From Sphyrna mokarran (lineage: Eukaryota): a stretch of 64,000 nucleotides of DNA. Positions 13,929 through 26,316 of the stretch are shown here, in pieces. Position 1 is the stretch's first letter. The number at the start of each line of letters is the position of its first letter. The notes under the pieces are model-generated. The model was given only the letters and a program-made list of their open reading frames with translations, was not told the origin of the DNA and ran no database searches. The stretch spans positions 65,286,001 through 65,350,000 of the forward strand of contig JAGIQG010000009.1 of NCBI GenBank assembly GCA_024679065.1, read 5' to 3'. The translations under genes were made by a program, and so were the position numbers.

Positions 13929-14990
13929 ATAGAACATAGAACACTACAGCACAAATAGGTCCTCTGGCCCACGAGTTGCGCCGATCACATCTATACCTAC
14001 CAAGCCACAGACCTATCTATAACCCCCTATCCCATTAGTTCCCATATACTCATCCAGAAATCTTTTAAAAGACCCCAGCGAGTTCGCCTCGACCACCACC
14101 GACGGCAGCCGATTCCATTCACTCACCACCCTCTGAGTGAAAAACTTTCCCCTAGCATCCCCTCTGTACTTGCTTCCCTGCACCTTAAATCTGTGCCCTC
14201 TCGTCGCAACCATTTCAGCCCTGGGAAATAGTCTCTGAGAGTCCACCCTACCTATTCCTCTCAACATCTTGTAAACCTCTATCAGGTCGCCTCTCAACCT
14301 TCGTCTCTCCAGGGAGAACAGTCCCAGCTCCTCAACCTGTCTTCATAAGGCATGCCTCCCAATCCAGGCAACATCCTTGTAAATCTCCTCTGCACCCTTT
14401 CAATAGCTTCCATATCCTTCCTATAGTGAGGCGACCAGAACTGCGCACAGTACTCCAAGTGGGGTCTGACAAGGGTCTTATAAAGCTGCATCATTACCTC
14501 CTGACTCCTAAACTTAATTCCTCGATTAATGAAGGCCAGTACACCATACGCCTTCTTGACCACTGTCTCCACCTGCGAGGCCGATTTAAGAGTCCTATGG
14601 ACCCGGACCTCAAGATCCTTCTGCTCTACAACACAGCTAAGACTCCTACCCTTGATATTGTACTCCTTCATCCCATTATTCTTGCCAAAATGGACCACTA
14701 CACATTTATCCGCGTTGAAGTCCATCTGCCACTTCTCCGCCCAGTCTTGCATCCTGTCTATGTCCCGCTGCAACTTTTGACATCCCTCCAGACCATCCAC
14801 AACACCACCGACCTTTGTATCATCGGCGAACTTAATAACCCATCCCTCCACTTCCTCATCCAGGTCATTTATGAAAATGACAAACAGCAAGGGTCCCAGA
14901 ACAGATCCCTGGGGCACTCCACTGGTGACCGACCTCCATGCAGAAAAAGACTCATCAACAACCACTTTCTGCCTTCTGCCAGCAAGCCAG
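13929..14990 (-). mobile_element. Young 5'-truncated CR1 LINE nested in an older + strand CR1 (about 13200-15690)
   Basis: ORFs 14294..14965 and 14013..14297 (GVPQGSVLGP, KFADD, RPHLEYC); (TTCTATG)n-type tail. Confidence 0.95.
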
Positions 14991-17547
14991 AGTTATCTTT
15001 GGAGTTATTTTTGGATCACAGGAGGATAGATCCAAATATTAATTAAATGATGAAAAGCTCGGAAAGTGGAGGTTTAGGGTTCATGTAGAAATCATAAATT
15101 AGATGCAGATGCAAAAAATAATCAAGGCTAAAAGAATATTAGTGTTTATAACTATAAGGCTAGAATTTAAAGTGAAGTTTTGCCATACACAGTTCTGGCA
15201 CCACATCTTAAAAGGATACATAAGCATCAGAAGAACTGTGGCATAGATTTGCCTGAATATATAAAGACTCCAAACATAAGAGGAGATTGCATAACCTAAG
15301 TTTGTATTCCCCAGAAGGGAGAAATGGGTAAGACGTTATTTGATTCAGGGTGTAAAGATTTGGAAAGAATTGATAAGGTAGAAAAAAACTTTGTGCTGGC
15401 AGGGAATTTAGCACAGGCAGATGATCATTATGAGCCACGGCTTTCAAGGAGATGAGATAGGACTTTTTTTCCTTATCCAAAAGATAGTATAAGAGCAGAA
15501 CAAAAGTCAATTCTATTAATAATTAATAATTTTAAATTTGAGCTCAATATATTTTTGTTACTCAAGGATATAAAAGATGTGGAGCCAAAGCAGGTGGATG
15601 GACTTCAGACACAAGCAGCCATGAACTTAACTGAATGTCAAAATAAGTTTGACAAGCCAAATCATCTAGCCCAATCCTACGCATAAATGCACCAAATGGC
15701 ATCTGTACTTGGTATACAAAACAGCACCACCTAATCTCCTGATCAGTCCTATTAGCTGATCTCAGCCAAGATTGTATTGGAGCTTTACAAATGCTCTCAG
15801 TATTGACAGACTTGACAAATGGGGTGGAGGAAAGAAACAAGGGCCAGGAACCCTGTATGCAATTATTACTCAGCAGTCTGCACTGAAAAAAGTAGATATG
15901 GATGTAATTTTGGTTCAGTTTGGTATGACTTTCAGGCGAGGAGACAACATGGAAGGGAAATTACATAAATTTGCCTCTTATCTTTGGTCATTATTCTTTA
16001 TTTTCAGAGACCTTCAAAGCAAAAGTATGTATTTTTCTCAAAGCTCCAAATAAAACATACCTACAGTACACTGTGGGAAAATACCAAAAAGCAAATGAGC
16101 TTTGATGTTAAGGGTTATCAGGTTGACCAATTACTAATGCGACTTGTACTAATTAATTCCATTTTGTACCAATAATTCTGAACTCTGATCAAAATCCTGG
16201 AAGTCCCTACCAAACTGCACCATGCATATTCTTACATTATAAGGGATTGCAATAGTTCAATGAGGCAGTTTATCTTCACAAGGCCAACTAGGGATGGGCA
16301 ATAAATGCTGGAGATGCCCACATCTTAAATTAATTTTAAAATCATTCCATTGTTGTTTCTATCAATGATCAAGCTCTGATCTCTGCTGTTAGATGAAATA
16401 GTGCAGCATCATAGGCAGCAGAATCACTCAAACCATCTCTCAGTTGGGATGGGGAAATTGAGCAGGATTTCCATCCCAGCCAGAGGTGAAGATCTGTAAA
16501 CAGAACTTTCCTCAATAACAATATTCCCTCAATCAAACAACCTGCTAATATTCATCATCAAGGCTTTCGTGAAATACTGCTTGAGATGAAGTACCAAAAG
16601 GTGATGGCCAGAGTGCATGCTACTTTACCCAATGAAGGAATCAAAACATTCAAATGATTAGGAGGAAAGCTGGCAAGTTCAATAAAGCAATTACACAGCT
16701 CAAGAAAATTTGGACTTAATTCTTCAGTTTTGAAGAACATTACAGATTGATTCCCTTCCCAACATTTTCCTCTCTTGTAAAATATATTTCTATCCTTATA
16801 TTTGAGGATAAATGATCCAAGTATCCAAAAAGAAAAATAACTTCAAATATTTGTTTGTTTATAGTTATTACCATCTGTATTTCCTTTAGTTCCTTTCCTA
16901 ACTTCTTCTTTATGCTTCATCTTTCTCCACTAAAGGAGAAGCAACATATCAAAAGGTTCTGATGAGCTACTTAAACTTCAGCAGGAATAGTAAGAAGAGG
17001 GTCGCATACAAACTACTAACAGAATTCCTTCAATTGAATAAAGCAATTACAATGTAAGCCTATGGCCAAGCTCAATATGATAGCAGTTTCAATGTTTAAC
17101 AGACTTCCATTTACTTTGTCTTTCTCTCACTCCCTTTTGCTTCCCTATCGTATCACAGCTCAAAGTTTTTTATCCTTTTGCATTCATACTTCACACACCC
17201 AGTAAAGTACATCTACTTTCAAATCAAACAACAGAAGTTATTCCTTGTAGTTACTTGCACGGTTTAGGCCTAGACATACTCTGCTTTTCTTGTGGAAAGC
17301 ACTGGTTCAGAATTTCCAAACACTGAAAAAAGTGAAGGATATATTTGTTGCTGCAAGCTGCTTGCATTTATATAGTAAAATGCATAAGACACTTCACAGA
17401 GGAGCATTATCAAACAAAAATTATACAATGAGGAGGGCATTAAGGCAAATGAACAATAGCTTGATCAAACACATAGATTTAAAGGACCATCCTAAAGGAG
17501 GAGAGAAAACCAATGAGAAGTCTACTGTGAGAGTCCAGAGTTTTGGA

Positions 17548-17710
17548 ATTAAAACAGAAAATACTGAAAATATTTGGGTCATGAACAGTTATGGAGAGAA
17601 AAGAGTAAATGTTTCAGGTTGATGACCTTTCATAACTCTGTTTCACCCCACAGATTCTGCCTGACTTGAGTATTTTCTGCTTTTGTTTCAGATTTCTAGC
17701 ATCTACAGTA
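17548..17710. mobile_element. Palindromic Penelope-like terminal-repeat remnant (also at about 43468-43665, 54385-54490/55240-55300, 56160-56310)
   Basis: aaaacagaaaat(a/g)ctg...tattttctgcttttgtttcag inverted arms; sequence shared with the ends of the Penelope-like element at 49400-52170. Confidence 0.65.
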
Positions 17711-18233
17711 TCCAGAGTTTAAGACCTTGGCAACTGAAAACATAGCAAGCAAATGAGGAACAATTAAAATTGGGAAATGTGTAAGAGGTCAGAGTTGCAA
17801 GATTGCAGACATTTCGGAGTGTGGTAGAACCAAATGAAATTACAAAAATGAGAAGAAAGGCCACAGAGGATTCTGAAAACAACAATGAAAATTATAAAAT
17901 TGAGCTTTTGCTTAATAATAATGCTTACTGCCAATGAAGGCCAGTAAGTACAGAAGTGATGATTAAAAGGGGAATTGATAAAAGTTAGGAATGGCTATTA
18001 GAACTTGGAGAGGCTTTAAGTTTTAGTTAGGTGGCAAGCATGACAAGCTTAAATACAACTTTCCAAACAAAATGATGTTCATTCGTCTGTATGCATCAAT
18101 AATGACTTTATACAAACAGCTATTCTTTCATTTCTGACCATCAATGAATTCCCAACAATAACTGTTGTATGTCCCACATGTGAATACATAATTTGAATTT
18201 AACTTTTTAATCCAAAACCTTATTTTAAATTTA

Positions 18234-18383
<150 letters not shown>

Positions 18384-20346
18384 TCAGTGGAAAAGTACAT
18401 TGCAAAGTGAAAATTATAACGTATCACAGGGTAAGAAGGTGCCAGATTTATTCATACTTGTGATTTAACAATTTGTATCCAAGAATTGTATTAAAACCTA
18501 TATGATTTCAATACAAGAGAAAATAGCAGCCACTACGTATGAGTAAATGCCAAAGTAATCACATCTAAGATGTTGTTGCCATTCTTCCCCTTGCAAGGGC
18601 CCTGATCATTTATAATATTGAACACTTCAAATATTAATGATGCAGATGGAGAGCAATGTCAGGGAGCTAAGACCTAACTTTTTATAAAGTCTTGTGACTA
18701 ATTTCTAAAATTTCAAAAACCTGAATGAAGACACTTATTAAAATAACTGAAGCTATATTTGACTGTGATCCTCAAATAAAACCAGCTAACATGGCAGTTC
18801 TAAAGAAATTGATATTTCATTATCTCTGAAGAAATCCTAATAACCCTGCATGGACTGCAAAGCCTAAATTCAAAGGAAACTCTAATGGTTGCCTACATTT
18901 CATCAGTCAAGCCTAGCCAAATGGATCCAATTCATCTGTTAGGACTAAGTTCCTTAGTCCTTCCTTCAATGCTTAATGGTTAAAACATTAACCATCTCAG
19001 GGACTCAGATAAAGGGATTCACACCCTTTGTCAAAATTAAAGTGGAGAGTCATGTGCTGTGACCCTAGCTGGTAAAACCAGTAACATTGACTTGTGGTAA
19101 TAAAAAACCTCAGTCCGCCATTCTTACTATCTGAAAGCAGCACAGAAAAAGGAGTTCAGTCCAGGTCTGGATATCTGCCCCCTGCGCCCCCATCTAAAAC
19201 ATTTTTATCAGAAGCTCTGTAACATCATCTACAAGACTAGTTCATATCTGCTTGCCTATCTCACAGTGGAAGTCAACTTAATTGGGAAAGTGAATAACCT
19301 AGCAATGGTTTTAAACCTGCCAACCTCTTTAAAGGAATAAAATATTTGTCTTTAATTCTGGACCGAAGTGAAAGAATATTTATTTTTTTCCGTGGAATTT
19401 TGTTTCTCTGTTGGTCTTTTACTGTACAAATGTATACTGGGGTATAGTTGCTACATTCCACTACGTTTTAAGTGTATACAAATAAATTAATCCTCTTGAG
19501 TTTGCTGTGCAGTTACTAATAGGAAATTGGCATCACACCAAAATCATGGGTTGGGAAGCTCACCGCCATTTGTAAAGTTGGAAACAATTCAAAACATCTA
19601 GTTGCAGACAAGTGATGACAGGAGAAATCAAGGCTGTTTAAATTAACCCCTCTTGTGTCCATATTAGTAACAACTGCTGCCATTAGAGGTTATAAAAAAA
19701 ATTGTTAAAGGACAGTATCATTCTCACATCAACTTAACATTGGTTATAAAACAGTTGTTTTTCATCGACAGCCAAAGACAAACACTAAACTTCCATAAGC
19801 ATTTGCATCTTCTAAAGGCAGCAACCTGTGTGGAGTAACACTACTAAAAGCTTCAACCACCACAACTTCATTCATGCTAATAGCAATTAACAGATCCACA
19901 GAGGAGGATTTAGGAGATATTACCAAACACTTGGTCAAAGAGGTACATTATAAGCACAGGATAAAGGAAGGGAGGAAGGGAAATTTAGGGAGGGAATAAA
20001 AGTGCTCAAGTGCCTGGACAGTTGAAGACACAACCACCAAGAATCAAGTGAAGTAGAGGATGCACAAGGGGTCAGAGCTGGTAGAACTGTGCTCCAAGTC
20101 TGAAGGAAGTTAAGACAATGGTGGGGAAACACAGAGTCATAGACGGATGTGAACATGGAGAAAAATTTTTAAGTTTGAGATATTGCTGGGCTGGAGTCAC
20201 TGAGATTCACCGAACAAAACGTGATGAGTGAACAGAACATGATGCTAGTTAGAATTTAGGAGGAGAGATGATTACAAAAAGAATTTGAAAAGTTATGAGC
20301 ATTAAAATCAGAACCGTAAACAGTTGTGAATGTAGCCCAACCCATT

Positions 20347-20694
20347 ACCTTATTGAAACATATAAGATGATTAGAGGTTTAGATAGGGTGGACAGTGATA
20401 GTCTTTTTTCTAGGATGGAGAAAGCTAGCACGAGGAGACATAGCTTTAAATTAAAGGGTGGTAGTTATAGGACTGATGTCAGAGGTAGGTTCTTTACCCA
20501 GAGGGTGGTAAGGGTATGGAATGCCCTGCCTGCTGCAGTTGTAGATGCGCCAAGTTTGGGGGCATTTAAGAGGTCAGTAGATAGGTTTATGGATAAAAAG
20601 GGAATGGTTTAGGTTAGAGGGTCATTGCTTTTTCTTAATTGGTCGGCACAACATCGAGGGCCGAAGGGCCTGTTCTGCGCTCTAATGTTCTATT
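20347..20694 (+). mobile_element. CR1 LINE 3' fragment (same subfamily as 38641-39386)
   Basis: ORF 20295..20612 (LIETYKMIRGLDRVD...FFTQRVV); ttcta-type tail. Confidence 0.93.
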
Positions 20695-21041
20695 ATGCAA
20701 ACTAGCCACCCATCCACTGACTCTGTCTACACTTCCCACTGCCTCGGCAAAGCAGCCAGTATAATTGAGGACCCCATGCATCTCAGACATTCTCTCTTCC
20801 ACTTTCTTGCTTTGGGAAAAAGATACAAAAGTCTGAGATCACATACCAATCAAATTTATAACAGCTTCTTCCCTATCAGACTTATCTTTCATTAAGTTGA
20901 TCTTTCTCTACACCCTAGCCATGGCTATAACACTACGTTCTGTACAGTTTCATTTCGTTCTCTGAATGGTATGTTTTGTCTGGATAACGCACAAGAAATG
21001 ATATTTTTCAATGTTAACACGTGACAATAATAAATCAAATC
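20695..21041 (+). mobile_element. Rex1/Babar-type LINE 3' fragment
   Basis: KAASIIEDP...RYKSL peptide; (AATCA)n tail; homologous to 44504-45698 and 61125-61769. Confidence 0.8.
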
Positions 21042-21728
21042 AGATTACATCCATTGCAGAGCACTGGATAAATAATTAGGAATGGGAAGGTTGGTTACGC
21101 TTTACTTGTTCAATATGACAAAAGAGTCGCCAAAAAAAAAAACTAAATCCTGTGTCAAAGATATCAAAGACTGCTAGAAAATAAAATGTCTTGTAAATTT
21201 GGTGTTAACAAAAATCAAAATGTCTGAATGGAAGGATTGGAAGAACATCAGACAAGCAATCCCATCTGACATTTAAAAGCTACAATAATTAACTTTCAGT
21301 CATGTTCACATCAACATGTTTTAACCAGAATATGTATTGTAAAAGTCTGAATTATCAATTTTAAAAGACAATTATCCTTGCTATTGACTAACTAAAACAA
21401 AGCTATGTAACTAAAAGCTCTCGTTAAAAAGTCAGTTTACATTTGTGATTGAAAGGCTACCTTTGCAACAGATCAAATAATTCATATGCAGATTGGAACT
21501 GATGATGGCACGCAGGAAGTATATTGCTTCAAGAGGGCTGAAGAGCATTTCAGAATAAATGGAGACGACCAGCTATATCACTTGATCAACTTGTCAGTTC
21601 ACTGTGTGGTTAGTTAGTTAAAGTGTTAATCCTTTCCATTGAGTAATGGATATATAAACATCAAATTCAGTTTTCTGAATTTTTAAAGGCGCACATGCAT
21701 TCACTTTACACAAACTATACTAACTGAG

Positions 21729-22548
21729 GCAGTATGGCAATGCAATGGTTAAGGACTGTTGCCTCACAGCACCAAGGACCCGTGTTCAATTCTGGTCTCA
21801 AGTGACTTTGTGGAACAAAGAACAAAACAGCACAGGAAACAGGGCCTTCGGCCCTACAAGCCCACGCCGCCCATTTTAACACTCAGTGAGTGCCTCATTC
21901 CAGTCCTCCTCCTACTTACGACTTTTGTCTACATCTCAGACTCCACAATAAAGGGGTGCATATTAGAGAACTATACGTGCACCAGATCAAGGGAGATCCA
22001 ATTTAGGGACAATTTATTAATACCAATCAACCTAAAAGCACATTTTTGGGGTGTGGGAGGAAACCGGAGCACCCAGAGAAAACCCACGCAAGCATGGGGA
22101 GAATGTGCAAACTCCCACAGACACCAACCCAAAAGTCGGAGATCCAACGTTAGTCCCTGTAACTGCACAGCAAACAGTAATAGTCACTCAGCTGTCGTGT
22201 TGCCCATCAATCGGTCCAGTTCAAGTGTACACTAACGACATGAAGCACTAGTCAACTCTCGAAGCAACAACTAAGAGCAGCCCTTGCACAAACCACCACG
22301 TGTATGCCCCTTGCTGGCCAACAAGGCAAACTGAATCGCCTGCAGATGTAAAAAACAGAAGTCTGTATGTTCTCCCTGTGTTTGAGAGTGTTTCCTCCGG
22401 GTGCTCTGGTTTCCTCCCACAGTCTAAAGATGTGAAGGTTAGGTGGATTGGCCATGCTAAATTGCCTCTCTCATCAGGGGATTAGATGGGTAAGTACATA
22501 GGGTTGCAGGGATAGGGGACTTGATGGGTTGAATGGCCTTCTGTATTG
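21729..22548 (+). mobile_element. HE1/V-SINE-like tRNA SINE interrupted by an antisense insertion (21813-22356)
   Basis: tRNA-like head at 21729-21812; V-domain (ccgggtgctctggtttcctcccacagtc) resumes at about 22357. Confidence 0.8.
21813..22356 (-). mobile_element. 3'-end module of SINE-tailed CR1 (copy C)
   Basis: Colinear with 36580-37035, 53088-53477 and 25277-25740. Confidence 0.85.
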
Positions 22549-23360
22549 TTGTTCATTGTTCGTCCATTGTCATTGATGAGGACCAAACACCATTAGTTAT
22601 TTTGAGGTTCAGTGCGTCCAATTCGGGCACGCAATGTCCTGGCACATATTGGACAGGCTTGTGTAGACACTGTAGTTGTTGCGCTGGTGGCTCTGAACTT
22701 GTGCAACTCATGCTTAAGTTGTGCTTCAGCAATACACCTTGCTTCATAAGCTTGACAGCCTTTGTGGATGAGACAGCGCCAGGTAGGGCAGTTTTGTACC
22801 AGTGTTTCCCAGGTGGTTGTGTGTATGTCAAGCAACTTCAGGGAAGCCTCGAGTGTGTCTTTGAAATGTTTCTTCTGCCCTCCATGCAAGCGCCTACACT
22901 TGTCTGACATTTGTCAGACATGACCTGCCCGCTAGATCTGCGCTCTCATCAGCAACGTGTGGACTGATGGTAGACTTGTTCCAGATAGAACTTAGTGTCT
23001 AGTACTTCGTCTTGCCATTGATGCGTAATATTCTGCAAAGACAAGTCCTGTGGATATGATTGAGCTGTCTTGCATGCGTTCAATGCACAGTCCACATTTC
23101 ACATGCATACAGGAAGGCAGTGAGTACCGCGGCGCTGTAGACCTTCAGTTTTGATGCTGGTCTGATTCCTCGACATTCCCATACAGTGGAGCGCAGTCTA
23201 CCGAAAGCAGAACTTGCCTTTGCTATTCTGCAGTTAACTTCTGTGTCAATGGTCACTGCTTGGGAGAGGGTGCCACCAAGATAAGTGAACTGCAGTTTCT
23301 GCCCTTTGATTGTGATTATGGGTTTTGTGTACAATGCATGAGAAGCAGGCTGCTACATGA
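22548..23360 (-). mobile_element. RTE-clade LINE 3' fragment
   Basis: FTYLGGTLS...EVNCRIAKASSAFGRL and GGQKKHFKDTLEASLK peptides. Confidence 0.9.
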
Positions 23361-25276
23361 TTTCTACATTGTAGAGATTCTATGACTCCAAGGTAATAAC
23401 CAGTGGCATTTTACCATGTATACGAAACCTTCTATAAACAGCATAAGAATTTTAAGATATAGATTCTGTGCTCTCATGTATCTATTAATGATGCAATGCA
23501 ATACATTTGCCAAACAATGGCCATAAATCCTCTGCTGATGACAGATAATGGATCAGCTTCATAACCAAATGTTTCAATTTCCTGCTATGATTATCTGCTC
23601 AGGTAATTTGCAATTATAATTCCTTTTAATGTAATAAATCTGAATATTAAAATATAGTGCCACAACATTTGCTTCTACTATCCTGCAGTTTGCTACATCC
23701 ACCTCCAAATTATTTTTTTCCACGTGGCCTGTTCACTTGAATGAACAATCCCTTTTTTAAAAAAATAACAGCCTCACCTCATGATATCTTGAAGGAAATC
23801 ATTTGCAAGCAGCCCTGTGTGATACCTTCTAAGTAGCATACATAGTAGCACACGTACAAAATTGACTCAAAAAACAAATGCCTGTGGTTAATGTCATTTA
23901 ATCGGACTGAAAAGCATTTGATGGTGCCCAAGGAATTGAAGCACTGTCCAATTCTGAGCACTACACTTTAGTAAGGATATTAAAGTTTTACAGTGGATGG
24001 AGAGAAGATTTGCCACAATGGTAACAGCAATATAGGACTTTGGCTTCCGGGAGGAAGAAACTGGGATTATTCTTCTTGAAGTAGAGGTTGAGGTGATTAA
24101 ATAGAAGGCTCCAAAATTATGAAGGAATAGGATACAGAGAAAAACAATTTCCACTGACAGAAGGGCAAATAACCGGAGGGCATAGATTTAAGACAATTAT
24201 GGAAGAAAATTCAAAAATAAGCTTCAAAAGGGAACTGAATAGCTAAAAAGGAAAAATCTGTCGGGCCACTTCAAAAAAGCACGGATTTGGACCAATTGAA
24301 ACACTAGAATATAAACACTACATGATTCTATTCTGTGAATAAAATTTAATTCCATCCTCCAAAAGAAACAGATGTGAAAAACTCAAATGATATAAAACTG
24401 CTACAAGTAGGTAAGGCCTCAAAGAATGAAATTTGGAATGCAAACCTACAAATTACACATGTAAAAAATCTGGAAGTTGAGTAACATACTAATTTCCATG
24501 ATGAAGCATTGTTATTTGTCTTACTTTTGCACTGAAGTTCCCAATTAGTTTATACTGAACCCTGGACTAACTTAAGTTACAGAACAGTCTACCGCTGATG
24601 AAAGGCACCGTTGTTAGTTAATGGATAACTTTCTAGTGCTCTGCACTCCCAAGTAAATTTTCAATATCATTGTGTACTTTAAGTGGTAAATGCTTCTTTA
24701 TTTCAAATCACCAATTCATTAGTCGATCCTAGCTTTAAACACACTCCACTTGTCCTTGCAATAATTTTTTTTGTATTTTTTAACCATCTTAAATATTTTC
24801 TGCTAATTTGTTTGGCTAATCTATTGTTCAAATTGACATCTTTCATCAATTTAATCTGGGAAAGATCATTTTCTCACTAGAATTTGTTTTTTTCCAATCA
24901 AATATCAGCCCATTTGACTTGTCCTTTCCTTTCCCTGATTAAACTAAATCAAGTTACAAGGTGGTCAATTTTTTCCGCAGATGTTTCACCACTGTTAACG
25001 TGCCAATGTATGACCTTTTTCTGAAACAGCAGCACAATCATCCTGACAAAACAACAATTAACTTCATCATTGTTAACCTGTAAATTCATTAAGCAATTTG
25101 AGGCAAAAATACTGTGAATTGTAAATCATCATAAACTGCTAGACAACGTGTCTTGCTCTGCTGTGCTGCAAAAATGGCAGTTTAAACCTTGTGAATTTTA
25201 AGAAATAGTTACTTTGCATTCATAGCTAATTAAACTCACCAGCAAAGTTAGAGTTGGTAATTAAATTTTTTTTTTA

Positions 25277-26316
25277 AGAGATTAGAGCAACACAGCACGG
25301 GAAACAGGCCCTTCGGCCCAACGAGCCCGTGCCGCCGTCATAACTACATAGTAACAATTCCATTATCCTATTCTAATTTTAGGTTATTCCTAATATGGAA
25401 GAATCTCAATGTAGGGACAATTTGTCTCCCAATCAGCCTAAGAGCGAATTTTTGGGATGTGGGAGGAAACCGGAGCGCCCGGAGAAAACCCACGCAACCA
25501 CGGGGAGAACGCGCAAACTCCCGCAGACACCGGCCCAATTCCAAGTGTCTGCACAGCCACATCGATAGTCTCTGAGCTGTCATGGTGCCCTTCAGATGGT
25601 CCACATAAAGCACTCATTTACGACATGAAGTACCAGGCAACCCACGAATCAACATCCAAGAGCTGTCCTCGCACCACCTGCCGAATGCATGCTCAATGTT
25701 GGTCAAGTATGGACCGAATTACCTGTGGGAAAAAAAGCCATAGTTAAACAGTCCTACTATATCCCTCTATCTGCATACCGCTCATGTGGCTGTCCAAGAG
25801 ACCCTTAAACAGCCCCAGCGTGCCTGCTCCCACCACCTTACTCGGCAGTGCATTCCACACCCCCACTACCCTTTGTGTGAAAAACTGCCCTCTAATATTC
25901 GTCTTATACATAGCCCCCCTCACCCTAAGGCCATGACCCCTCGTCCTATCCATTTCTGAAGGTGGAAAAAGTTTACCACCATTTACTCTATCTATACCCC
26001 TTATAATCTTATACACCTCTATTAGATCCCCTCTAAGCCAACGTCTTTCAAGGGAAAACAACCCCAGTCTATTTAATCGTTCCTCATAAGACAGTCCTTC
26101 CATACCAGGCAGCATCCTGGTAAACCTCCTCTGCACTCTCTCCAAGGACTCCACATCCTTCCGATAGTACGGCGACCAGAACTGGACGCAGTATTCCAAG
26201 TGAGGCCTAACCAACGTTCTATACAATTGCAACATCAAACTCCTACTCTTGTATTCTATACCCTTTTCTATGAAAGCTAACATACTATACGCTTTCTTTA
26301 TCACCTTCTCCACCTG
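25277..26316 (-). mobile_element. CR1 LINE 3' fragment with SINE-derived 3' end (copy A)
   Basis: Open ORF2 C-terminus 25744..26313, followed by a 3'UTR containing a V-SINE body and tail. Confidence 0.93.

Noticed and set aside
14426-15046. Long antisense ORFs over CR1 copies (also 35638..36047)
   Set aside because: Shadow frames of LINE ORF2.
21497-21545. Possible C/D snoRNA (tgatga...ctga)
   Set aside because: Too short, imperfect box C and no convincing terminal stem.
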